DNA from: a virus
Lineage: Duplodnaviria; Caudoviricetes
Direction: 5' to 3' (one strand)
IMG/VR virus record: IMGVR_UViG_2932410948_000001
Coordinates: 2,714 to 66,713 of that record
Length of the DNA: 64,000 nt
The notes under the pieces are model-generated. The model was not told the DNA's origin and did no database searches. It worked only from the letters and a program-made list of their open reading frames with translations. Of the stretch, positions 25,667 to 34,170 are shown in pieces. The position numbers were made by a program, and so were the translations under genes. Position 1 is the stretch's first letter; every line of letters begins with the position of its first letter.

Positions 25667-26341
25667 CTAAAAATCCGCGAACACACGCCGGATGTCCGGA
25701 TGATCATTCAAGCTCAAGATGGCCTTGCCCTTCAGCTTGGCCATCAACTCGGCCATCTTCTCGTACTGAGCAAATTCAAACTCCACGCCATACCCGGCAG
25801 TCTCCCAGTACGGCGGGTCCAGGTAAAACAGCGTATGAGGCCGGTCATAGCGCTCCATGCACTTGTACCAATCCAAGTTTTCGATGTAGGCGCCAGAAAG
25901 GCGCAGGTGCGCGGCCGACAAATTCTCCTCGATGCGCAGCAAATTGATCGGTGGCGCGGTGGTGGCCGTGCCCCACGTCTGCCCATTAACCTTGCCACCG
26001 AAGGCATGCTGCTGCAGGTAGAAGAAACGGGCCGCGCGCTGCAGGTCCGTCAGGGTATGCGGCGGCGTGTCCTGCAGCCACTTGAACACCTCGCGGCTCG
26101 ACAACGCCCACTTGAACTGGCGCACGAATTCCTCGAGGTGATTCTTGACGACGCGGTACAGGTTGATCAGCTCGCCGTTGACGTCGTTCAGTACCTCGAC
26201 CTCGGCCGGCGGCCGCATGAAGTACAGGGCGGCGCCGCCAGCGAAGACCTCGACGTAGCAGGTATGCGGCGGAAATTGCGGGATGATGCGATCGGCCAGG
26301 CGTCGTTTGCCGCCGATCCAGGGGATGATGGGTAGTGCCAA
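25667..26341 (-). CDS. DNA adenine methyltransferase (Dam/D12 class)
   Basis: PWIGGKRRLA, YVEVFAGGAA, LNDVNGELIN, FYLDPPY; AGGAGG RBS before a TTG start. Confidence 0.92.
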   Translation of the reverse strand: MALPIIPWIGGKRRLADRIIPQFPPHTCYVEVFAGGAALYFMRPPAEVEVLNDVNGELINLYRVVKNHLEEFVRQFKWALSSREVFKWLQDTPPHTLTDLQRAARFFYLQQHAFGGKVNGQTWGTATTAPPINLLRIEENLSAAHLRLSGAYIENLDWYKCMERYDRPHTLFYLDPPYWETAGYGVEFEFAQYEKMAELMAKLKGKAILSLNDHPDIRRVFADF

Positions 26342-26410
26342 AATGTGTACCTCCTAGTGGTAAAGTCGAATTCCTCCCATGAGGCAATCCAAGCCTACTC
26401 ACCAGGCACC

Positions 26411-26446
26411 GGCTGATTGCTGCTGTTAGCGCAGCAACAATCAGCC
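26411..26446 (-). promoter_or_regulatory. 15-bp RNA hairpin in the methylase leader
   Basis: Minus strand GGCUGAUUGUUGCUG-cgcuaa-CAGCAGCAAUCAGCC; the single DNA mismatch is a G-U pair only on this strand. Confidence 0.55.
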
Positions 26447-26453
26447 ATCCCTT

Positions 26454-26978
26454 CTATGGCGTCATGCCATTTTCACGCACGAATGACTGGCATGCGCGGC
26501 CCGTCGCGGCAACTTCCTCCGTTTGCAGGATCAAGGCTTGAATATCTCGCGCCACCGCGTCAGGAAGTAACCCGCCGGCGGGATCGGCTGCAGCGCTTCC
26601 TTCGGCGCCACTGACACCTGCCGGGGCGGCAGGTCCAGCACTTGCACAGAAGGCGGGCTTGCGCATGCGCTCAGCAGTAGCAAGGCGAGCGCGCACATCG
26701 TTGATTTCATCATCGTAGACTTTCTTGATGGCCAGCGCACTGGCGGCCTGTTGCCTGGCTTGCGCCAGATTCTCGGCGGCCCGCTGCGCCACCGCTTTAA
26801 TTTCCGCTGCCGCCCGGATCTGCTTGTCGGCATCCCACAGCGCCTGCACGGCCGCCCGCCCCTGGGCGTCGCCCTGCGCACGCTGATACAGCATGCCGGC
26901 GCCGGCCACCACGCATACCAGCATGGCGCCGTACAGCCAGCCAGGCACCATGCTCGCCAGCTTGGCCGGCGCGATCAC
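26454..26978 (-). CDS. i-spanin (Rz-like)
   Basis: N-terminal TM plus coiled coil; C-terminal CQSFVR; follows the endolysin. Confidence 0.75.
   Translation of the reverse strand: MIAPAKLASMVPGWLYGAMLVCVVAGAGMLYQRAQGDAQGRAAVQALWDADKQIRAAAEIKAVAQRAAENLAQARQQAASALAIKKVYDDEINDVRARLATAERMRKPAFCASAGPAAPAGVSGAEGSAAADPAGGLLPDAVARDIQALILQTEEVAATGRACQSFVRENGMTP
26531..26713 (-). CDS. Embedded o-spanin lipoprotein (Rz1-like)
   Basis: Alternate frame inside Rz: MMKSTMCALALLLLSAC lipobox followed by a Pro-rich mature peptide. Confidence 0.75.
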   Translation of the reverse strand: MMKSTMCALALLLLSACASPPSVQVLDLPPRQVSVAPKEALQPIPPAGYFLTRWREIFKP

Positions 26979-27499
26979 ACCAGCACCTTGCGAGCTTCCC
27001 GGTACAAGGCCAGGCGCTCGGCCAGGCCGTTCACGCCACCGTTGATGCGGCGTGTCACCCGTTCCTGGTCGCCAGCATCAGCCAGGGCATTCAGGCCGCG
27101 CGTCTGCCAGAACCAGCCGGCCGAACGGCAGGCATTGACGGTCTGCTCCAGCAGCTCAGGCTGAGCCAGCAGATCCAGGCCCAGCGCCTTGCCACAGGCG
27201 GCGTAGTTCGCGCGCCCGGTCACCTGCAGTAGGCCGCGCCCACGAAAGCGCACGCCGTCACCGCGCTGCGTGTTGCCCAGATCGGCGCGCCCTTCGTAGG
27301 CCTGGCCGCTGGCCAGCTCGCGCACAAAACGCAACTGTCCAGACTCATGCCCGACCTGGGACAGGAACGATGCCAGGCGCGCCGCCGTCGTGATCCCGAA
27401 TTCCAGCATGGCCGCGTTCAGCGGCGCCAAAAAGACTGGCGCGCGCGAGCGAGCCAGCGGCATGATGGCCAGCAGCTGGACCAACGTGACGGCGCTCAC
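26975..27499 (-). CDS. Endolysin, glycoside hydrolase family 19
   Basis: FLSQVGHESG, FRGRGLLQVTGRANY; close paralogue of 11128..11643. Confidence 0.92.
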   Translation of the reverse strand: MSAVTLVQLLAIMPLARSRAPVFLAPLNAAMLEFGITTAARLASFLSQVGHESGQLRFVRELASGQAYEGRADLGNTQRGDGVRFRGRGLLQVTGRANYAACGKALGLDLLAQPELLEQTVNACRSAGWFWQTRGLNALADAGDQERVTRRINGGVNGLAERLALYREARKVLV

Positions 27500-27924
27500 A
27501 GGCCACCCCGCATGTCCTTGACGACGGCGGCAGCATCGCGCGCCAGCTCGCCGATGTCCTTGTCTTTGCGGTTATCAAGCCAGCGCACCGTGGCGCCCAG
27601 CACCCACCAGGCGGGCAAGCCGGCGGCCACCATCAGCGGAGCAGCAATGAAGAGAAAGCCAAACGCCGGGTCGCTGCCGTACAGCACGGCGACGGCGCGC
27701 GCGCTGTCGAACAGGCTTGGCATCCAGTTGCGCACGACCACGACCAGGGCCGGGCCCATCAGGGCGGAAAACAAAATGGTGACGAAGAAGCGCACGCCCG
27801 CTTCCTTGGCAGTTTTTGGCCACATGAACATAAATCCCAGTGAAGTTGCGGCAGCGCCGGCCAGAACCGGGATGCCAAAAATTTTAATCAGTGCGCCGCC
27901 AGCGGCAGTTGTTTCGATGGCCAT
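27496..27924 (-). CDS. Holin
   Basis: Start MAIETTAAGG; multi-TM; paralogue of 10703..11131. Confidence 0.75.
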   Translation of the reverse strand: MAIETTAAGGALIKIFGIPVLAGAAATSLGFMFMWPKTAKEAGVRFFVTILFSALMGPALVVVVRNWMPSLFDSARAVAVLYGSDPAFGFLFIAAPLMVAAGLPAWWVLGATVRWLDNRKDKDIGELARDAAAVVKDMRGGL

Positions 27925-27966
27925 GGTGTCTTTCTTGAAGAGGAGGAAGAGGAAGGGGTACTGCCG

Positions 27967-28010
27967 ACAGTACGGCGATGGGTGTCTCATTTCTAGGGAA
28001 AAGTGAGACA
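27967..28010 (-). promoter_or_regulatory. Late promoter candidate 3 (dyad + -10) for the lysis cassette
   Basis: TGTCTCATTTCTAGGGAAAAGTGAGACA at 27983-28010; minus-strand TACTGT exactly 10 nt downstream. Confidence 0.7.
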
Positions 28011-28024
28011 GTATTTCCTGTGAC

Positions 28025-28054
28025 GGAAATGAAAAAACCCGCCGAAGCGGGTTT
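28025..28054 (-). terminator. Intrinsic terminator after prophage tail fibre
   Basis: Identical (inverted) to 10655..10684. Confidence 0.8.
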
Positions 28055-28073
28055 GTGGTGGAGCATTGATTTT

Positions 28074-29114
28074 TTATGCCGCTTCGAGCGCCGCCAGCCG
28101 TGCCTCCTGGCCGGCGGCGATGAACATGGCCAGTTCTTCGTAACGGAAGGCGTAACGGTCGCCAGCCTCCAGCGTGACCTCTGTGTACGCTGCGCGCGCC
28201 TCGACGGCCAGCTGGCCATCGCTGGCCGGTACAGCCGGCGTGATGATGTCACCGAATGAATTGCGTACCTCTGGCGCCGCCTCAGTAGCGGGAATGGCTG
28301 GCCGGGCCTCGATGGCCGGGTGCTCGATGGTCTGCTGCTCCCAAGTGTCGTGGCAAATAAATCCGTAGTTGAACGGGTCCAGTCCATGCGCCTGCATGAT
28401 CTCAATGGCGCGCTGCACGGTCGGACCGACGTGCTCACGTGCATCAGGCCCCTTGCAGTCGACGGCATCGCGCCAACGGTAAGCGCCGATGGCACGGGCG
28501 ATATCCTTGGCGGCGGCAATTTCGGCCGCAGTCAGGTCCCGGAAATCACATTTCAGGCGCGCGTCGGAGGTGTTGATGGTACCGGTCCGGGCGTACAGGG
28601 TTGCATAGGCTAATGCTGCCGTCCCTACCGTGTGCGTATTGTCGGCAATGGGCACAATGTTTGCGGCGCTCACTCGCCCAGCAACTGTCAAATTTCCTGC
28701 CCCGCTGATCGACAGCAACGAACCGGTCTCCGTCGTAGTACCCGCATCTTGAAAGCTCACAGCCAATATGTAGCCTCCTGTCCCTCCCGCGACGCTGCCG
28801 GTCGACAAGAGAAATCGACCAGAATTCGACAGACCTGGGACCGATGCTACTCCGACGGACAGTGCTGGGTACAGGACACCTCCCACACCTCCTACCAAGC
28901 CATTCGGACGCAGCAGGGCCGAAGCCCATGCCGCCGCTGCGACTGTGCCGGCGATTATGCTCGTTGCCGATAAGGAGCTGGAGCTACTTACGGGGCCAGT
29001 TAACGCTCCACCAGTCAGCGGCAGTGCGTTATATGGCCCTGCGGCGAATGCCGTGTACAGCAAGTTCAACCGCTCGTTGACATTCGGCATGCCGTCGTAA
29101 AAATAATCAGCCAT
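28074..29114 (-). CDS. Tail fibre with peptidase S74 intramolecular chaperone
   Basis: TINTSDARLK cleavage motif, YRW, RYEEL; N-terminus resembles that of 8773..10635. Confidence 0.85.
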   Translation of the reverse strand: MADYFYDGMPNVNERLNLLYTAFAAGPYNALPLTGGALTGPVSSSSSLSATSIIAGTVAAAAWASALLRPNGLVGGVGGVLYPALSVGVASVPGLSNSGRFLLSTGSVAGGTGGYILAVSFQDAGTTTETGSLLSISGAGNLTVAGRVSAANIVPIADNTHTVGTAALAYATLYARTGTINTSDARLKCDFRDLTAAEIAAAKDIARAIGAYRWRDAVDCKGPDAREHVGPTVQRAIEIMQAHGLDPFNYGFICHDTWEQQTIEHPAIEARPAIPATEAAPEVRNSFGDIITPAVPASDGQLAVEARAAYTEVTLEAGDRYAFRYEELAMFIAAGQEARLAALEAA

Positions 29115-29969
29115 TTAAATTCCTTCAATTTGCAGTGGAGTGGAATACGTTTCAAAGTACGGCGTTGCCACCGCGTCGATATTGCTGGCCTTGCCATACA
29201 GCATATGGTCCTGCTCCAGCAGTGGGTCCGGGTTTTCCGGGAACAAGCTGAACAGCATGGCCTTGCCCTTGCCGTTCTCGCGCAGGATGCGCATGAAGCG
29301 GGCGCGGTCTGTTGGCGTGAGGTGCGCCAAGTTGATGCTCAGCTTGTCGCTAGTCGGGCGAATCTGCGTCTTGAGGTCGCCGGCACCTGTGCGGTAGTCT
29401 TCGCTGGCATCCTGCAGTTGCAGCTGGGCGCCGTATTCGGCGTTGTGTTCCGGCGACCAGTAATTCCCCACCACCAGGCGCGATATATCCAGGTAGCCTT
29501 CCGGGCTTTGTGGCGCGGATACCTCGATCACCAGTTTGCGCACGCGCACGGGCGCGAACCAGGCGACGCCATCGGCGCCACCACCGCGCGCCCATGTGTT
29601 CGCGCCACCCCACTTGTAGGCATTCCAGCCCAGCGGCAGCACGCCCCAGGGATAGGAGCCATGCACGGAGGCCGGGCACGGGAAGATGCTGCCTGTGTCG
29701 AGCACAGGCACGGCATCGCCCGGCTGGGCATAGCCGCGCACGCGCATGCGAGCGCTGCTGGTCATGTTGGTGAAGATCAGCGCCACGCAGCCGACGGCTT
29801 CTTGCGTGGGCCAGATGGCGGTGATGGTCTGTGCGGTGACGCTGGCGCGAAGCACGGCAGCCTTGCTATCGCGCTGCAGGTTGGCCGGGCCCAGCGCGCC
29901 GACTTGGCTCGAAGCGGTCAGCACCGCGCGGTCGGCGGCGTTATCGTGGATGATGCGAAGATTTGGCAT
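29115..29969 (-). CDS. Phage tail protein, paralogue of 7943..8773
   Basis: PNLRIIHDNAADRAVLTASSQ; conserved RLV.G.YWSPE.NA.YGA. Confidence 0.7.
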   Translation of the reverse strand: MPNLRIIHDNAADRAVLTASSQVGALGPANLQRDSKAAVLRASVTAQTITAIWPTQEAVGCVALIFTNMTSSARMRVRGYAQPGDAVPVLDTGSIFPCPASVHGSYPWGVLPLGWNAYKWGGANTWARGGGADGVAWFAPVRVRKLVIEVSAPQSPEGYLDISRLVVGNYWSPEHNAEYGAQLQLQDASEDYRTGAGDLKTQIRPTSDKLSINLAHLTPTDRARFMRILRENGKGKAMLFSLFPENPDPLLEQDHMLYGKASNIDAVATPYFETYSTPLQIEGI

Positions 29970-29970
29970 A

Positions 29971-30798
29971 TTAGGGAAATTTAGCGTTGTCGATCACCGA
30001 GAGGCGCGAATACACGGTCTGGCATTTCGAATTATCAATAATCAGGGGTCCACTGACGTCCATCTCATCTGCGCTCGCCGCGATACGGCGCACCTGCAGC
30101 TGATTGCCGCTGGCCCAGTACATCGATTCGTAGTGCAGCACCGCATAGCGGTTCATGGTCCGGCCGTCGTCTTCATACGAATACAGGTAATACGGCATCG
30201 AGACCATGCCACGGGTATTCGCGCTGATGGATTTGCCTTGCATGCTGAACGGCAAGTTGACCGCCGTGTCCTGGCCATTCGCTGGGGCGCTGTCACTGGG
30301 CGGCACCGGCCAGGGGAGTGTCAGCTCGACATCGTAGGTATCGCCAGCCAGGCGCAACATGCGTTTGCCGCTGAGAAACACCAGCGCCTTTTCCTCCAGC
30401 GTACGGACCAGCAGGCCGTAGCCATATGGGCGCGCTGGAGGATTTAGATCCAGGCGCCCGAATACCCGCAAGTACAGCGCCAGAGCGGGGCCATTGTGGT
30501 TATTGATGGCCATGGTCGCGCGCCAGCTATCGCCCCCCAGAAACTGCAACTTGCGCAGACTCATGCCCGTGCGCGAACGGAAAGCATCCAGCCCGGTCGT
30601 GCCGATGTCCTGGGCCGTGATGTTGTATGGCACGTCAAAATACAGCTGGGGCATGCCCTTGCACTGAAAATCGACCGTTGGGTACGCGCCGATCTGGCTG
30701 GGGATGAGGTATTTCCCAAGGTACACGTACGCACGCAGACTGGAATCGATGGTGATATTGCCCTTTGCCAGGTTCTTCGCTTGAAAGCCCATTCTCAT
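29971..30798 (-). CDS. Tail-associated hypothetical protein
   Basis: ATGA-coupled ORF within the tail operon after the gpJ-like gene. Confidence 0.6.
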   Translation of the reverse strand: MRMGFQAKNLAKGNITIDSSLRAYVYLGKYLIPSQIGAYPTVDFQCKGMPQLYFDVPYNITAQDIGTTGLDAFRSRTGMSLRKLQFLGGDSWRATMAINNHNGPALALYLRVFGRLDLNPPARPYGYGLLVRTLEEKALVFLSGKRMLRLAGDTYDVELTLPWPVPPSDSAPANGQDTAVNLPFSMQGKSISANTRGMVSMPYYLYSYEDDGRTMNRYAVLHYESMYWASGNQLQVRRIAASADEMDVSGPLIIDNSKCQTVYSRLSVIDNAKFP

Positions 30799-31145
30799 AG
30801 CGCCGCTCCGGTAAAGTAAATCATCATGTAGCCATCGCACACCGGTAAGCCGGCAGTGGCATTGTCGACAAACACCTGAACCGTCGGGATGCCCGATGGA
30901 TAGCTGACGCGACAGCTCAGCACCGCCCAGCCGTCAACGTCACCGGTTTGATAGGGTGAAACCAGATTGGCAACGATTTTCTTTCCGGCATAAGCCGGGT
31001 ATGAGAATGTACGACCAGCCCCGGTACCGACACTGGCCCCGGCAATCGCCTCTTCTACAATCCAGAACAGGGTGTTCTCCTCCCGGCTGTCATAGAGCAC
31101 TTCTCGGGTTTGCAAATCCCGGCTTATCACGCCATGGCTGTTCAT
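30795..31145 (-). CDS. Tail-associated hypothetical protein (116 aa)
   Basis: Translationally coupled on both sides within the tail operon. Confidence 0.6.
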   Translation of the reverse strand: MNSHGVISRDLQTREVLYDSREENTLFWIVEEAIAGASVGTGAGRTFSYPAYAGKKIVANLVSPYQTGDVDGWAVLSCRVSYPSGIPTVQVFVDNATAGLPVCDGYMMIYFTGAAL

Positions 31146-32704
31146 ATATCCAGATTCCCGAACTGCGCCGTAACAACTTCAGCGCCTGCCGCATCGATGC
31201 CAATTGATTTCAGCGCGTCACCATACATCTCCATGCGCGCACCGCTGGCGCGGCTGCGCAGCAGACCGATCGTACCTGTCACGGCCGACAGGGTGCCGTA
31301 GAAAGTCGCCGTGCCGTTTACAATGGAAAATGCTGGCGCGACAACGTTGCCGGCTGCGTCGACACCAAAATACTTCCCTGTTTGCGGATTGCCGATATAC
31401 AGGCCGCCGGCGCTCAAATGATAGCCAGTACCAAAATTGCCGGTAACCGGCCAACCTGATGCACTGGTGGGATACCCCGTGCCACCATGCAGCGTCGTAC
31501 CGTACAGGTCGCCAGCAACCACGCTCCCCAGATTCGCCTTGATGGCGCCGAGCGTGTCGCCCACAATCGCCTTCGCCGCCACCGTCCCATCGACCAGCAA
31601 GCTGCCATTCAACACCGTCCCCAGCACCATCCAGGCGCCATCAACGTAGAACTTCGTCACCGCATGCGTCCCGTCATACAAGGTCACCACGTCGCGGTTG
31701 AGCGGCGCGCCATAGCCTGCACGCCCCAGTTCATACACGGCCGATGCATCCGACCAGACCGAGTAGCCGGGCGCCGCCACCGTGACGGTGCCGCGCTGGC
31801 CGTTGGCACCATCGGCGGCCAGGCGCGCCGCGGCGGCCCATTCGCCTGGGGCGATGTCGTCGGTCGCCGTGCGCGAAGCGGCCGTGGCGCCCGAGGTGAA
31901 CAGATAGGCGCCGCCGGCCGTCGGCACCTGGGCCGACCAGCCATTATTCAGGCCCGTTAGCGCGCCAGTGGCAAAGGTGAACGTGCATGCCGCACTCGGC
32001 AGCGCCGGCGCAATATTCGTGGCGCCGCGCTGGTAGATGCGCACGGGTGCCACGTTCAAGCCGTCGGCACCATCCTTGGCCAGCTGCACCGCCCCCGCCC
32101 ACTCATTGGCGGCGATATTGTCCGTGGCATTGCGCGAACTGGCGGCGGCCACGCGCACGTACAGCGGCGCCGTGCCAGCCGGAATGTTCTTCGACCAGCC
32201 ATTGGCCAGGTCGTTGCCGGCCGGCGTCGTGATGCTGGCCGTGGCAAAGGCAAAGATCACGTCACCTGGCGAATCGCCAGGTGCGGCTGCCGCGCGCTTG
32301 TAGGCGAAAGCCTGCCCCGTGTTCAAGCCAGCCAGGCCAGGCTCACCGGTCACGCCATCGAAGACCTTGCTGATCATGTAGTTGCCGACGTAGTCAACAC
32401 CAAATTCACGGATGCGGGCCTGCACCAGGGCCGTATCGGTCGTCATGCTGGCAAAATCGACCGTGGCCACGTTGCCGTTGACGGTCATCTGCGTGCCGGC
32501 GGACACCGAAAACACGATATCGCCCACCACATTGACCGGCTTGGCGGTGATGGCAATCGAGCCGGGCGCGCCGGCGCCGGCGCTGTTCACGCGAAACACG
32601 GGCGTGCTGCCCGCCAGCAGGATCGCCTTGCCGTCGGCCGTGGTGCTGAAGCGCTCCGCTGTCGCCTGCAGCAGCGTGTCACGGGCACCGCCGATGGCTG
32701 TCAT
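31142..32704 (-). CDS. Tail tip / central fibre-like protein
   Basis: Start MTAIGGARD. N-terminal ~410 aa nearly match 5461..7458; gpJ-like C-terminus (GTIGLLRSRASGARMEM). Confidence 0.7.
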   Translation of the reverse strand: MTAIGGARDTLLQATAERFSTTADGKAILLAGSTPVFRVNSAGAGAPGSIAITAKPVNVVGDIVFSVSAGTQMTVNGNVATVDFASMTTDTALVQARIREFGVDYVGNYMISKVFDGVTGEPGLAGLNTGQAFAYKRAAAAPGDSPGDVIFAFATASITTPAGNDLANGWSKNIPAGTAPLYVRVAAASSRNATDNIAANEWAGAVQLAKDGADGLNVAPVRIYQRGATNIAPALPSAACTFTFATGALTGLNNGWSAQVPTAGGAYLFTSGATAASRTATDDIAPGEWAAAARLAADGANGQRGTVTVAAPGYSVWSDASAVYELGRAGYGAPLNRDVVTLYDGTHAVTKFYVDGAWMVLGTVLNGSLLVDGTVAAKAIVGDTLGAIKANLGSVVAGDLYGTTLHGGTGYPTSASGWPVTGNFGTGYHLSAGGLYIGNPQTGKYFGVDAAGNVVAPAFSIVNGTATFYGTLSAVTGTIGLLRSRASGARMEMYGDALKSIGIDAAGAEVVTAQFGNLDI

Positions 32705-34170
32705 ACCAGCACTCCCACCGTCACGCGCCCTGCCAGCCATTGGTGCGACAGCAGCACCACCACGCCAGGTGCACCGCCCTGCAGGCCAAAGCGATCATCG
32801 CGCAACACCACAGGCTGCCCCAGTTCCAGCATCATCATTTCAGGCTCTCCATCAAATTCGTAAATCGTGCGCTGCACCTTGTTCAGGGCCAGGCGCCGCG
32901 CCGCTTCCGCCCGGGCGTCTGCGTTGGTCTTGAGGCAGGTATCGATCTGCGGCGGGTCGTCCGTCAGGCGGTAGCGCGTGCGCACCGCCTCATCGACCGC
33001 CGTTTCGGTCAGCCATTCCGTGGCATACAGGTCGGCATGCGCCGGCGGGATGCTGGTGGTCAGGCTGGCCTGCACCGTGTAATTACGGTCAAAGGCGATC
33101 TTGACGGCGGCGACCACGGGCAGGCGCTGCACCGGGCGCAGGGAATCGAGCCGCATGTGCTCTGGGCCGATCTCCACCGGCACGCCGGCGGCCGGCAGCG
33201 CGATCTGCACCAGGCGCAGCTGGCCGGTGCGCGACATGACCGCCTGGGCGCCCACACTGGCCGCCAGCTGCTGGATCGCCTGCGCCTGATTCGTCCGGTC
33301 CGCAACGTACAGGCCCACCAGCTGCGGGTGGGCGGCGTCGAAGGCGGCCAGGTTCGCCAGGTCCAGATCAGCCAGCGTAAAACGGTCGGCCGCCTTGCCG
33401 TAGGCCGTGGCGATGCGCTGCACCAGCGGCGCGATGCGCGGCGCATAGCCGCCACCCTTGTCGCCCTGCACGCTGACTGTGATCGTGGTGGAAAACGGAT
33501 CAGTCGTCAGGTTGAAGCGGCCCGCCTGGTCATTCAACGCCACGGCAATCGGCTTGCCGTTGGTGCGCACCTCGAAACTCGACTCCACCGCGCCCAGGAA
33601 TCCATATTCCAGCGTGACAGGATTGGTCAGCAATGGCGTCACGTTGTGGCATTCGCCGAACGGGATCGGCAGGGTCGCATCCTTGTTTGGCGTGGTGCCG
33701 CCCAGCTTTGCCTCGGCAATCGGCGTGTCCAGGCGCTGCAGCTTGTCGCGCAGTGATAGGTTGATCGATTCGCGCGCCGAACTGCCGATATCGGCGACGA
33801 TGCCGTCAAAAATCAGGCGAAAGTCACTGCGCGGCCAGGCCGGGTCACCGGACCAGGCCCTGATGGGCCGGTTACGCCAGACGTCGGCGAGCCAGCTATC
33901 GAGCGCGCCATCGGTGTTGTCGAGCTCAATATCCCCGCCCGACAGGCCGGCCTCGCCGGTCAGGCTGACCTGCTCGGTGAAGGCCAGCCCGCCGGTGGCC
34001 AGTGGCAAGTACTCGACATTGGGCGGGATGTCGGTCGGGCCTGTGATATACGGCCAGGACGAGATAAACCGTGTCACTTCGACGCCTGCCACATTCACCT
34101 GCACCTCGATCAGCACCATGCGGGCGGCCGAGGAGTCTTGCAGCCACGTCAAAAATTGCGCATCAATCAT
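32701..34170 (-). CDS. Tail tip / hub-like protein (489 aa)
   Basis: Follows the tape measure; paralogue of 3995..5464. Confidence 0.7.
   Translation of the reverse strand: MIDAQFLTWLQDSSAARMVLIEVQVNVAGVEVTRFISSWPYITGPTDIPPNVEYLPLATGGLAFTEQVSLTGEAGLSGGDIELDNTDGALDSWLADVWRNRPIRAWSGDPAWPRSDFRLIFDGIVADIGSSARESINLSLRDKLQRLDTPIAEAKLGGTTPNKDATLPIPFGECHNVTPLLTNPVTLEYGFLGAVESSFEVRTNGKPIAVALNDQAGRFNLTTDPFSTTITVSVQGDKGGGYAPRIAPLVQRIATAYGKAADRFTLADLDLANLAAFDAAHPQLVGLYVADRTNQAQAIQQLAASVGAQAVMSRTGQLRLVQIALPAAGVPVEIGPEHMRLDSLRPVQRLPVVAAVKIAFDRNYTVQASLTTSIPPAHADLYATEWLTETAVDEAVRTRYRLTDDPPQIDTCLKTNADARAEAARRLALNKVQRTIYEFDGEPEMMMLELGQPVVLRDDRFGLQGGAPGVVVLLSHQWLAGRVTVGVLV

Noticed and set aside
28074-32704. 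Diversity-generating retroelement acting on tail genes
   Set aside because: No reverse transcriptase, and no template/variable repeat pair differing only at adenines; the paralogy is gene-length and inverted.
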